A stretch of 45,468 nt of DNA from a virus, in the IMG/VR virus record IMGVR_UViG_3300026299_000108, positions 1 to 45,468 of that record. One strand, 5' to 3'. Shown here one piece after another: positions 8,109 through 16,091 of this stretch. Both the position numbers and the translations under genes were made by a program. The notes under the pieces are model-generated. The model saw nothing but the letters and a program-made list of their open reading frames with translations. It did not search any database and was not told the origin of the DNA. The first letter of the stretch is position 1, and each line of letters opens with the position of its first letter.

Positions 8109-8717
8109 CTACTGACCGGCGCGACGCACCGCCAACGCGCAACCGTGGCCGTAGCGGAAGTCGTAGTTGACGCCGCCGTAGCTGAAGCCGACGCACCACG
8201 CGTCCGAGGCGGACGCCTGTCCGTTGCGGTCGATCCACGGCGTGCTGGTCCAGTGCCATTTCGGTTTCACGCGCGGGAAAAGCGCGACGTCGATGGCAGG
8301 GTCTCGGCGCGTGTCGTCGATCAAGCGCACGAGTTCGGATCGCGTTGGCAGTCGCCAGTCGTCATAGCCGAGCAGGCGCAGCGAAGCGCAGCGGGCGGTG
8401 CACCCAGCATGGTCCAGCCCGGCATCCGAGTCGCCTTCATCGCCGAGGGATTCGACCGACCACATCAGCCCGGCGGCGTGGTCGATGAGGGCGACGTGGT
8501 CGGTGCGCGGGTCGTCACCGTGGACGCGGGTGCCGTCGGCGAGGATCTTGGTGTAGGCGGGTTTGATCGGCAGGCGTTCGGCGGCCATGTGTTCAGCCAC
8601 GCCGCCTGCCTTGATGGCGAGCGGCTGCTCCGTGGTGGCAGCGAAAGCGGATTCGCGCGGGATGGCGATATCGAGGTTGCCGAAATCGCCGGTGATCTGA
8701 ATGCGAAGGGTGTCCAT
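8109..8717 (-). CDS. DGR target 2, DUF1566/Lcl C-terminal (CLec-like) protein
   Basis: GLMWS, DDWRLPTRSEL and WHWTST motifs; C-terminal VR. Confidence 0.9.
   Translation of the reverse strand: MDTLRIQITGDFGNLDIAIPRESAFAATTEQPLAIKAGGVAEHMAAERLPIKPAYTKILADGTRVHGDDPRTDHVALIDHAAGLMWSVESLGDEGDSDAGLDHAGCTARCASLRLLGYDDWRLPTRSELVRLIDDTRRDPAIDVALFPRVKPKWHWTSTPWIDRNGQASASDAWCVGFSYGGVNYDFRYGHGCALAVRRAGQ
8115..8216 (-). repeat. DGR variable repeat VR2
   Basis: 15 mismatches to TR, all at TR adenines. Confidence 0.97.
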
Positions 8718-8773
8718 GGGGTGTCCAGGAGGTTGGTGTATGCGCCGGAGGACGGCTCCGGCGCATGCGGCGG

Positions 8774-9187
8774 TTAGCTGGCGACGGTGTTCGTCGGCTC
8801 GAACAGGCCGTAGCCGGCAACGCCGTAGGCGTCATCGCCGGAGTCGGCCTTCCGCACGCGCATGTCCTCGATCGGTCCCCGCCAGGTGATGGCCTTGCGG
8901 GTCGCGTTGAGCGTGCGGATCGGCTCCCAGTGCTCGGGAGTGATGCTGGTGCGCACCTCGAGCGTGGCCTCCGCGTCGGCCGGCAGGTTCAGGCCGGGCG
9001 CGGCATGCAGGACCAGCGTGATCTCGCGGGGAGCGAGGGCGCGTCCGGGGTAGTCGTTGGTCACGGTGCCGCTGGCGCCGGTGGTGGTGCCGCGGACGAG
9101 GTCCGGGTCGGGGCTCCACACCAGCGGCGGGATGCCGAAAGTGACGGAGACGGCGCAGTCGGTGGTCGGTGCGATCAAGGGGAACAT
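8774..9187 (-). CDS. Hypothetical protein (start MFPLIAPTT)
   Basis: GAGG RBS before the ATG; co-oriented, directly upstream of the DGR targets. Confidence 0.65.
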   Translation of the reverse strand: MFPLIAPTTDCAVSVTFGIPPLVWSPDPDLVRGTTTGASGTVTNDYPGRALAPREITLVLHAAPGLNLPADAEATLEVRTSITPEHWEPIRTLNATRKAITWRGPIEDMRVRKADSGDDAYGVAGYGLFEPTNTVAS

Positions 9188-9222
9188 CGGGTGTCCTCGG
9201 TTGTGGCGTCCGTGTCGGGTAG

Positions 9223-9429
9223 TCAGGCCGCCATGGCCTGGGCTTGGATCTGGGCGAGCCGGTATTCCGCGGACTCGGCGCGCTTGCGCATCTGTTCGAG
9301 CTCGCGAAGGTCGTCGCGCCATTCGTTGGCGCGCTGGTCGTAGGTCGCCGCGTTGATGTCGTTGCCGTTGGCGCGCTCGGCATCGGCGACGCTGCACAGG
9401 AAGTCGGGGCCATCGAGTCGAAGGGACAT
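9223..9429 (-). CDS. Small coiled-coil hypothetical protein
   Basis: GAGG RBS, protein-like composition, fits the operon. Confidence 0.65.
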   Translation of the reverse strand: MSLRLDGPDFLCSVADAERANGNDINAATYDQRANEWRDDLRELEQMRKRAESAEYRLAQIQAQAMAA

Positions 9430-9437
9430 GGTCAGCC

Positions 9438-9947
9438 TCAGTCGTTGTCGGCCAGGTCGGCCGGGTGGTGGAACACGCGGGTGATGCCGAGTTTCTCGAT
9501 GCGTCCGCCGCCGCGCTCAAAGGCGGCAATGTCGGCGGCGATCTGCTGGGAAGCGCGGCGGCGGGGGCAGTGCGTGGTGGAGACGCTGCCGGGCGCGGCA
9601 GTGAAATTCGCGTCGCCGGATGCGGCAGCGGACGCGCGGCGTCGCGGGGCGCGGGCAATGCCGGTCATTGCGTCGCGCAGCGATTGGCTGGGCGGTCGTG
9701 GCGCAGGGGTGCGCGGCGTTCGGACAACGGGCACCGGCTGGGCACTCGTCGCCGGCAGGCGATAGCGCACGTTGCCGCGGCCGCTGCCGTTGCGCGCGAT
9801 CTCGCCGCGCCGGCACAGGGCCTGGATGGTCGTGTTGAACCGAGCAATGGTGCAGCGGCGATCGATGGCATCGCGCAGCTCGGTGAGGCTGTAGTCGCGC
9901 CCGGGCTGCATGAAGCTGCGGATGCGGTCGGTACGGCCGGTCTTCAT
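9438..9947 (-). CDS. Putative winged-helix protein with a C-terminal AAFERGGGRIEKL motif
   Basis: Start MKTGRTDRI overlaps the upstream stop; wHTH-like N-terminus. Confidence 0.6.
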   Translation of the reverse strand: MKTGRTDRIRSFMQPGRDYSLTELRDAIDRRCTIARFNTTIQALCRRGEIARNGSGRGNVRYRLPATSAQPVPVVRTPRTPAPRPPSQSLRDAMTGIARAPRRRASAAASGDANFTAAPGSVSTTHCPRRRASQQIAADIAAFERGGGRIEKLGITRVFHHPADLADND

Positions 9948-10222
9948 GCCAGCACCGCCTGTGTCGCGGGTGCATCCAGTTCCTTTGCGACCGCGAGGCC
10001 TTTCGGCGTCAGCGTGGCGCGCTCTGCGAACATGTCCGGCATGTCCAGCAGCCAGGCGCGATGCAGCATGCGCACGGTGCGCGTGGTGAAGCTGTGAGCC
10101 TTGCCCTTGGGGTCGATGGCGATCCACCAGCCACCGGTACCGCGTCGGAGGGCGTGGTTGGGCGTGTGCAGGGCTGCGACCAGGGCGGCGCGCTGGGTGG
10201 GGCCGAGGGTGGCGGGGATCAT
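9944..10222 (-). CDS. Hypothetical protein
   Basis: ATGA overlaps on both sides. Confidence 0.65.
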   Translation of the reverse strand: MIPATLGPTQRAALVAALHTPNHALRRGTGGWWIAIDPKGKAHSFTTRTVRMLHRAWLLDMPDMFAERATLTPKGLAVAKELDAPATQAVLA

Positions 10223-10881
10223 GCGACAGCCTCCGATGCTTCGTTGCTATCGGGCGCCGAGTAGAGATCTTCGGGAATCCTCGCCGCGAGTTGGTCGTTG
10301 TTCGGTTCGCCACGCATGCCCATCAAGACGATGAGGCCGTCCACGCCGGAGATCGTTGCCAGTGCGGCAGATCCTTCGAGCCCGCTTTCGTAGAAGCGAA
10401 CGCTCTGATATTTCGAGGGCGCTACCTTCGCAGCGGCGTGGACCAGCGCCACGTATTCCGGGTTGTAGACACCAGCGAGGCCGCGCCTGTACTGCTCCGG
10501 AGGCAGCACGATGGTGTGCGTTTTCGGGTAGTCCGCTTCGATGAGCGGCTCGGTGTGGATGAAAGTGGGAGTGCCGGCCTTATCAGTCAGCCAGACTTCG
10601 CCATCGGCGGACACCAGGACGTGCTCGGACTTCTTGAGCGCCGGGATATGCGAGCGGCGCAGCGGCAGGATGACTTCGCGCTCGGCACGTCCGCCGAGGT
10701 CATGGAAGATGCCAAGCACATGGCCGTTGGTGCCAAGCGCCATCGCGCTGCCGTCACGACGTGGTCGAATGCAGACGCCCAGCAGGTAGAACCGGATGTC
10801 TTTGCGTGCGGCGAAGATCACTGCGCGGGCGACGGCCTTGGCATCGATGCGCACGATCGCGCTGGAGGGTTCGAGTTTCAT
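10219..10881 (-). CDS. DNA polymerase III beta-clamp-like protein (partial fold)
   Basis: AARKDIRFYLLGV, GTNGHVL, EVILP and IEADYPK resemble the DnaN central domain (DVRYYLNG, ATDGHRL, DGRFPD). Confidence 0.65.
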   Translation of the reverse strand: MKLEPSSAIVRIDAKAVARAVIFAARKDIRFYLLGVCIRPRRDGSAMALGTNGHVLGIFHDLGGRAEREVILPLRRSHIPALKKSEHVLVSADGEVWLTDKAGTPTFIHTEPLIEADYPKTHTIVLPPEQYRRGLAGVYNPEYVALVHAAAKVAPSKYQSVRFYESGLEGSAALATISGVDGLIVLMGMRGEPNNDQLAARIPEDLYSAPDSNEASEAVA

Positions 10882-10888
10882 GCTTGCC

Positions 10889-11173
10889 TCACGCAGCGAT
10901 GACGGCATGCACCGCGGCGCGGGCCGCAGGCAGGTGATGGAGTGGGATGCGGTTGGGGTTGTCGGGCTGGGTCCAGCGCAGCTCGGCGACGGCGCGGCTG
11001 ATGTGCGGCACCGTGGCGAGGCGGCACTGGCAGCACTCGATGTGGTAGTGCGACGGCACGATGGCGCCGGCGATGCGGCCACGCGGGGCGCCGCGGGTTT
11101 CCACGAGTTGCGGGCGGTGGCCGGTGGCGCACAGCGGGATGTCCGCCGGCAGCGGTGTGGCGATCTGCAGCAT
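10889..11173 (-). CDS. Small putative zinc-binding protein
   Basis: CATGH and ECCQC; GAGG RBS. Confidence 0.6.
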   Translation of the reverse strand: MLQIATPLPADIPLCATGHRPQLVETRGAPRGRIAGAIVPSHYHIECCQCRLATVPHISRAVAELRWTQPDNPNRIPLHHLPAARAAVHAVIAA

Positions 11174-11321
11174 GGGTCACCTCGTTGGGAGGTCGGCAGG
11201 GGCGGGGTAGATCGGGAGCGGGACGTGCGGGTCTGGAACGGGCGTGGCGCGCTCGCAGACGATGTCGGCGTTGCCCTTGATCACGCCGGTGCAGTCGGTA
11301 GCCTGCAGAGCAGGCGTGTCG

Positions 11322-11510
11322 TCACGGGGCATGGCGGCCCTCGCGGCGCTCGAAGGCCTCGCGCACTGCGCGGGCGGCGGGGTGGTCTGTGGTGCGGAGG
11401 TCGCCCAGCACGCGGTCGACAACATCCCTTCGCGTTTCGTCACGGCCGAGGTTGTGCGACTGCTGCACGGCCAGGCGGACGAGGCTGAGGGGGACGAGGA
11501 GGGCGCTCAT
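11322..11510 (-). CDS. Hypothetical protein
   Basis: ATGA-coupled to the upstream ORF. Confidence 0.5.
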   Translation of the reverse strand: MSALLVPLSLVRLAVQQSHNLGRDETRRDVVDRVLGDLRTTDHPAARAVREAFERREGRHAP

Positions 11511-11695
11511 GCAGCGCGCTCCGTAATCTCGACGGCCGGGCCATTGATGCCGCAGTGCATGCAGAGAGGATTCTCACTCTCGACCCCAAGCAGCACCCAC
11601 TGTTGCGCCTCGACGCTCCATTCGGCTTGGGCGGTGGCGACAAGATGTGTGCTGCCGCAGAGCGCGCAGGCCTTGATGATGTGGTGGGTGCTCAT
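11507..11695 (-). CDS. Small zinc-ribbon protein
   Basis: CALC and CMHC; ATGA-coupled. Confidence 0.6.
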   Translation of the reverse strand: MSTHHIIKACALCGSTHLVATAQAEWSVEAQQWVLLGVESENPLCMHCGINGPAVEITERAA

Positions 11696-11949
11696 GCCGC
11701 ACCGCCTCGCAAGCGATCACCTGCGCGCCGGTCGCGGCGGTTGCTGTAGGCGTTGGGGTGCATGTCGCTGCAGCGGGCGAGGGTGTCGCGGGCGTCCTCG
11801 ACGAGGGCGTCGACGTGGCCCTCGGCGCGCTGCAGCGGGGCGGTGACGTTGCGGGTGTCGCCGGTGACGTCCAGCCAGGCGAGGACGGCCAGCAGGCCGA
11901 CGTTGCCGAGGACGATACCGATGGCGAGACCGGTGATGAAAGCCAGCAT
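11692..11949 (-). CDS. Small membrane protein, first gene of the leftward operon
   Basis: GGAGG RBS; hydrophobic N-terminus MLAFITGLAIGIVLG. Confidence 0.6.
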   Translation of the reverse strand: MLAFITGLAIGIVLGNVGLLAVLAWLDVTGDTRNVTAPLQRAEGHVDALVEDARDTLARCSDMHPNAYSNRRDRRAGDRLRGGAA

Positions 11950-12081
11950 GGCGCCTCCTGAAGTAGGAGGGCGGCCGGCCAGGCTGGGGAGCGCCGTGGA
12001 CGGCGAGGCGGAGCGCGTGCGGGCCATCCGAGGCCGTCGCAGAACCGTTGCCCTGCCCGACGGGGGTGCCGGGCAGGAGGA

Positions 12082-12124
12082 TTAATACCGCCGATGTTTT
12101 ACCATGTCAACACTCGCGGTATTA
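12082..12124 (-). promoter_or_regulatory. PL-like promoter with two 17-bp operators (12083-12099, 12108-12124)
   Basis: Minus strand TTGACA-N17-TATTAA; nearly identical to the promoter at 13278-13306. Confidence 0.8.
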
Positions 12125-12166
12125 TTCTGACGAACGGTTAACCGGCACGGTGAGCACTGTGCCTGT

Positions 12167-12433
12167 TCAGCGGCGATAGGTCGGCTTGCGGCGGTACTTG
12201 CCTTCGGGATTCCGGGCGCGTTCGCGTTCGCCAGCCACGCGGATCTGGCTGCGATTGGCCAGATAGGCCGGGAAGCCGATGATCCAGAGGAGGGCACAGG
12301 ACAAGGCCCAGCCGATGGGTCCCATGTCGAACGTGGCGTTATGGATCAACCCGCGCCGTGCGCCCATGGCCTGGGCGTCGAAGTACACCCAGACGACGGT
12401 GCCGAGATACACCACCACCATCAGCTCACCCAT
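12167..12433 (-). CDS. Small two-TM membrane protein downstream of cI
   Basis: Two hydrophobic segments, LWIIGFPAYL and a basic tail. Confidence 0.7.
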   Translation of the reverse strand: MGELMVVVYLGTVVWVYFDAQAMGARRGLIHNATFDMGPIGWALSCALLWIIGFPAYLANRSQIRVAGERERARNPEGKYRRKPTYRR

Positions 12434-12451
12434 GCGATCTCTCCCTGTGCG

Positions 12452-13234
12452 TCATTCCCAACTGCCGATCCAGCGCACGCGACCCAGGATGTCGATCGGG
12501 TGTGCGGGGTCTTCCATGCGCCGTGGTTTTTTCCACTGGTGGTCGCCGTCCGGGTTGTCGCTGCGGAAGTAGACGATGCGGTCGATGATGTCGCAGCGTT
12601 TCACGTACAGCTCGCCGTCGCGCTCGATGACAAACAGCGCGCCGTCTTCCGGCGTGGTCTGCGCGGTGTTGAACAGCACGGCATCACCGTCGCGCACGCG
12701 CGGCAGCATGCTGTCGCCGCGGCCGTAGAAGACGCGCAGGTCATCCACGCGCAGGCCCTGGCGACGCAGGCTGGCCGCGCGGAACTTCAGGCGATGGGAT
12801 TCGGCGTATTCCTCGGGCAATGCGCCATCGCCGAGGCTGGCGGATTGAGCGTAGGCGAGCACATCCCGCCAGTCGTCGTAGCGAGGGGGCGTAGGTTCGC
12901 GAACTCCGCCAATCGGTGCAGATTCACTGGGCGCCGGCTTTAGGCTGGCGACGCGCTTGGCCAGCTTCAGCTCGGGCAGGTCGCTTCGGATGGTGGTCGG
13001 ATCATCGATCCCGAGGGCCGCACAGAACTGCATCAGCGCCTTGTAGTTCAAAGCGATCACGCCGTTCAGGTAGTTGCTCACCAGTCCCTGCGTCCTGCCG
13101 ATGCGCGTGGCCATGATCTGCTGCGTCAGTCCGCGGTCGCGGGCCCGTGCCTCCCATGCGGCCTTCAACCGCTTTGCAGCAGCGAGATCGGCCGGCGTCA
13201 GCGGTGCTTTTTTCGTCGGTTTCGGCATTGCCAT
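12452..13234 (-). CDS. cI: CI-like repressor (HTH plus S24 peptidase)
   Basis: N-terminus resembles lambda CI (KKAPLT, RLKAAWE, GLTQ, LNGVIALN); GDSM and VKR catalytic motifs. Confidence 0.92.
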   Translation of the reverse strand: MAMPKPTKKAPLTPADLAAAKRLKAAWEARARDRGLTQQIMATRIGRTQGLVSNYLNGVIALNYKALMQFCAALGIDDPTTIRSDLPELKLAKRVASLKPAPSESAPIGGVREPTPPRYDDWRDVLAYAQSASLGDGALPEEYAESHRLKFRAASLRRQGLRVDDLRVFYGRGDSMLPRVRDGDAVLFNTAQTTPEDGALFVIERDGELYVKRCDIIDRIVYFRSDNPDGDHQWKKPRRMEDPAHPIDILGRVRWIGSWE

Positions 13235-13240
13235 CGATCT

Positions 13241-13306
13241 TATAACCGCCGCTGATACCCGGGAACGACCGGCGGTGTTGACATGAGATAACATCGGCGG
13301 TATTAA
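13241..13306 (+). promoter_or_regulatory. OR region: three 17-bp operators (13241-13257, 13264-13280, 13289-13305) and PR (TTGACA 13278, TATTAA 13301)
   Basis: Imperfect palindromes TATAACCGCCGCTGATA, AACGACCGGCGGTGTTG and TAACATCGGCGGTATTA between the divergent cI and cro. Confidence 0.8.
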
Positions 13307-13313
13307 TTGCGGC

Positions 13314-13583
13314 ATGAGTACAGCCCTACTGGTCGGTTACCGCAAACGACACGGCTTATCGCAGGCCGCCTTCGCGCAGCGGATGACGGACGCCGGTGCG
13401 CCGGTGTCCCAGGCGTTGGTTTCGTTCTGGGAGCTGGGCCGAAAGCCCGTCTCGGCGGAGCGGTGCGCACAGATCGAGCGCGTCACCGGCGGCGAGATTC
13501 GCCGCGTGGACCTGCGCCCGGATCTGTTCGGAGCCCTGGTGGGCCCCGCGCCCGAGGCGCACGACATGGAGCATGCCGCGTGA
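13314..13583 (+). CDS. cro: Cro-like repressor (YdaS/Cro family)
   Basis: HTH (SQAAFA, SQALVSFWE) and IERVTGG...DLRPD; divergent from cI. Confidence 0.88.
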   Translation: MSTALLVGYRKRHGLSQAAFAQRMTDAGAPVSQALVSFWELGRKPVSAERCAQIERVTGGEIRRVDLRPDLFGALVGPAPEAHDMEHAA

Positions 13584-13742
13584 ATCCCTCCGATCTTCCT
13601 GCGCGGGTGTCGCCGTGACGGTGGCCCTCGCGCCCCAGGCGGATCGCTGCGGTGCTGGCGCAGCGTACTCGAGACAGCTCGGCAGTGGCATGTGTGCTGG
13701 TTTCCATGCCGACAAATCTGACAGGTCCGCCGGGGTTCACGC

Positions 13743-14294
13743 ATGAAGCTGCGGCCTCAGTTTCTGCCCCCTCGCCAGTGCGTAGTGTACGCGATCACGC
13801 GGCGGATGCTGGACGAGACGGCGATGAACGCGCAGTCGTTCGCGATGGCGGTGGCGGAGCTGTACATCGCCACGACGGCGCCGGACGTGCGGCAGGTGAA
13901 GTTCCGCATCGGAAGCGAGGACGACGCGCGGCACAACGCGCAGATCCTGCGCCGGTACATGGACGGCACCCTGAAGACGCTGCCGGCCGACCTCGAGGAC
14001 GCCTGGGTGATGGCGCTGCCGGCGGCATATCGCGACGAGTGCGAGACGTTGCTCGCACGCCGGCGCGGGCGGGTGTCCGTGGCGCTGCCGGAAGCCGATG
14101 CCGGCGAGGACGCGGCCGCGATGGCGCAGGTGCTGTCGAAGGCCGGCGAGCTGTGCGCGCATTGGGGTCATGCGCTGGCCGACGGGCGCATCGATGCGCG
14201 CGAGCGTGACCAGGTGCTGCTGGCCAGCGATGAGGTGATGAGCGCAGTGCTGCGGTTCCGCCGGCATTTGGTGGGGGTGGCGCATGCCGTGTGA
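13743..14294 (+). CDS. Putative CII-like regulator
   Basis: Follows cro; C-terminal ALADGRIDARE motif typical of CII-type proteins. Confidence 0.55.
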   Translation: MKLRPQFLPPRQCVVYAITRRMLDETAMNAQSFAMAVAELYIATTAPDVRQVKFRIGSEDDARHNAQILRRYMDGTLKTLPADLEDAWVMALPAAYRDECETLLARRRGRVSVALPEADAGEDAAAMAQVLSKAGELCAHWGHALADGRIDARERDQVLLASDEVMSAVLRFRRHLVGVAHAV

Positions 14295-14592
14295 TGCTGT
14301 CCAAAAGCCCTGCTACCGGAGAGGAGCAGCGCCTGGCGCTCGCAACGGCGAGCGATCGTTTGAAATCGCAATTCGGGTGTGCCTCGCATGGGGCGTGCGA
14401 ACGCCTGATGTTGATTGGCTGCAGCGGGAATACGGCATGAGCCGTGCGACAGCCTTCCGATTCCGGGCTGCCTATCAGAGAGCAGCGCGCGAGTCCTTCG
14501 ACCAGATGCAGCCGACTGATGCGCTGCCCGCCGAGACGCTGAAGCAGCGCCCGGACCCTGTGATTCCGCTGGAGGACGACGATGGTCGATGA
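14284..14592 (+). CDS. Hypothetical HTH protein
   Basis: LQREYGMSRATAFR. Confidence 0.55.
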   Translation: MPCDAVQKPCYRRGAAPGARNGERSFEIAIRVCLAWGVRTPDVDWLQREYGMSRATAFRFRAAYQRAARESFDQMQPTDALPAETLKQRPDPVIPLEDDDGR

Positions 14593-14809
14593 AGTCGATC
14601 GCCTGGTGGCGATGGAGGAGCGGCAACTGGACAACGCGCTGCTGTATCACGCGCAGCGGCCGCAGGCGTCCGGGCGCGCGTTCTGCGCGAACGAGGATTG
14701 CGGCGAAGCGATTACTGCCCAGCGGCAGGCGATGGGCGCGCAGTTGTGCATCGCCTGCGCGAAGGCGGAAGAGGCGCGGGCTGCGCACTTCCGGGTGTGG
14801 AGGCGGTGA
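14582..14809 (+). CDS. TraR/DksA C4-type zinc-finger protein
   Basis: MVDEVD N-terminus; CANEDCGEAI...RQA...LCIAC. Confidence 0.85.
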   Translation: MVDEVDRLVAMEERQLDNALLYHAQRPQASGRAFCANEDCGEAITAQRQAMGAQLCIACAKAEEARAAHFRVWRR

Positions 14810-14811
14810 GG

Positions 14812-15024
14812 ATGGCGCGGCGTCTGCTGCGGGGCGTGCGCTCAGCGCTGGCGAAGCCCAACGCGGCGGCTTTGCGCGGTCTGGCGCAGGCGCGCGAGGC
14901 GCTGCTGTCGGCCGTGCCCGGGCCCACGGGCGACGAGGCGATCGCGCTGCTGGAGCAGCGCCGCCGCGAGGACGGCGAACAGTGCGCAGGGCAGGGCGTG
15001 TTACCGCTGGGGGTTCCTCGGTGA
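14812..15024 (+). CDS. Hypothetical protein
   Basis: Fills the gap and is GTGA-coupled to the primase gene. Confidence 0.5.
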   Translation: MARRLLRGVRSALAKPNAAALRGLAQAREALLSAVPGPTGDEAIALLEQRRREDGEQCAGQGVLPLGVPR

Positions 15025-16091
15025 CGGCAGCGCAACGCATCGATACCGAATCGCTGCTGCGCGGCGTGGACCTGGTCGAGGTGATCGGCCGCCATGTGCG
15101 CCTGCGCCGCAATGGGCGCGAGCACCATGGGCTGTGCCCGTTCCACGACGAGCGCTCGCCCAGCTTCACGGTCAACCCGGCAAAGGGGTTCTATCACTGC
15201 TTCGGCTGCGGGGCGCACGGCGATGCCATCCGGTTTGTGATGGAGTTCGACGGCGTCGACTTCCGCGAGGCATGCACGCGCCTGGGCGCGACGCCGTCGT
15301 CGCGCAGCGCGCAGCCACGCGCGGCAGCAGCCCGGCGCGAATCGCTGGCGGCAGAGCGTCAGCCGGTATGGGTGCCACTGCTGCCGGTGCCTTCGCATGC
15401 CCCCGACCTGCTGGCGGACGCCTGCGAGACGCTGCCGGTGTGGAACCCGAAGCGCGGCAAGTTCTGGACGATGACCTACACCCGGGCGGACGCCTACCGC
15501 GATGCGCATGGTGCGCTGCTGGGCTACGTGATGCGGGTGGAGTTCGGCGACGCGAAGGTGACGCCGCAGGTGACTTACTGCGTGGGCCCGGACGGCGTGG
15601 AGCAGTGGTGTGTGCGCCCATTCCCGGATCCGCGGCCGCTGTGCGGGCAGGATGCGCTGGCTGCGAAACCCGCGGCGCCGGTGCTGGTGGTGGAAGGCGA
15701 AAAATGCCGCGCGGCTGGCGCTGGCGCGTTGCCGCAATACGCGGTCGTGGCGTGGCCCGGTGGGTCGAAGGGTATGGCGCACGTGGACTGGTCGCCGTTG
15801 CGCGATCGCGACGTGGTGCTGTGGCCCGATGCGGACGATGCCGGGCGCAGCGCGATGTTGGGCTGGGTGGACGCGACAGGCGAGGTCCATCGCGGGGTAG
15901 CGCAGCACGCGCACCGCGCCGGTGCGCGCAGCCTGCGCTATGTGGATCCTGCCGGCATGCCAAAGGGCTGGGACATCGCGGACGCGCTGAGCGGGCCGGA
16001 GGCGTGGTCGTCGGCGCAGCTTGCGGCATGGGCGCGCAACCGGGTGTCGGACATCGATGTGCGTGTGGACACGCGCCGAGGCACGAGGTGA
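15021..16091 (+). CDS. CHC2 zinc-finger/Toprim primase-like protein
   Basis: CPFHDERSPSF...HCFGCG; VVEGEK; WPDAD; GWDIAD. Confidence 0.88.
   Translation: MTAAQRIDTESLLRGVDLVEVIGRHVRLRRNGREHHGLCPFHDERSPSFTVNPAKGFYHCFGCGAHGDAIRFVMEFDGVDFREACTRLGATPSSRSAQPRAAAARRESLAAERQPVWVPLLPVPSHAPDLLADACETLPVWNPKRGKFWTMTYTRADAYRDAHGALLGYVMRVEFGDAKVTPQVTYCVGPDGVEQWCVRPFPDPRPLCGQDALAAKPAAPVLVVEGEKCRAAGAGALPQYAVVAWPGGSKGMAHVDWSPLRDRDVVLWPDADDAGRSAMLGWVDATGEVHRGVAQHAHRAGARSLRYVDPAGMPKGWDIADALSGPEAWSSAQLAAWARNRVSDIDVRVDTRRGTR

Noticed and set aside
11177..11332. Possible 51-aa ORF (MPRDDTPAL...)
   Set aside because: It fits the operon gap but has no motif or clear RBS, so it is too weak to list.
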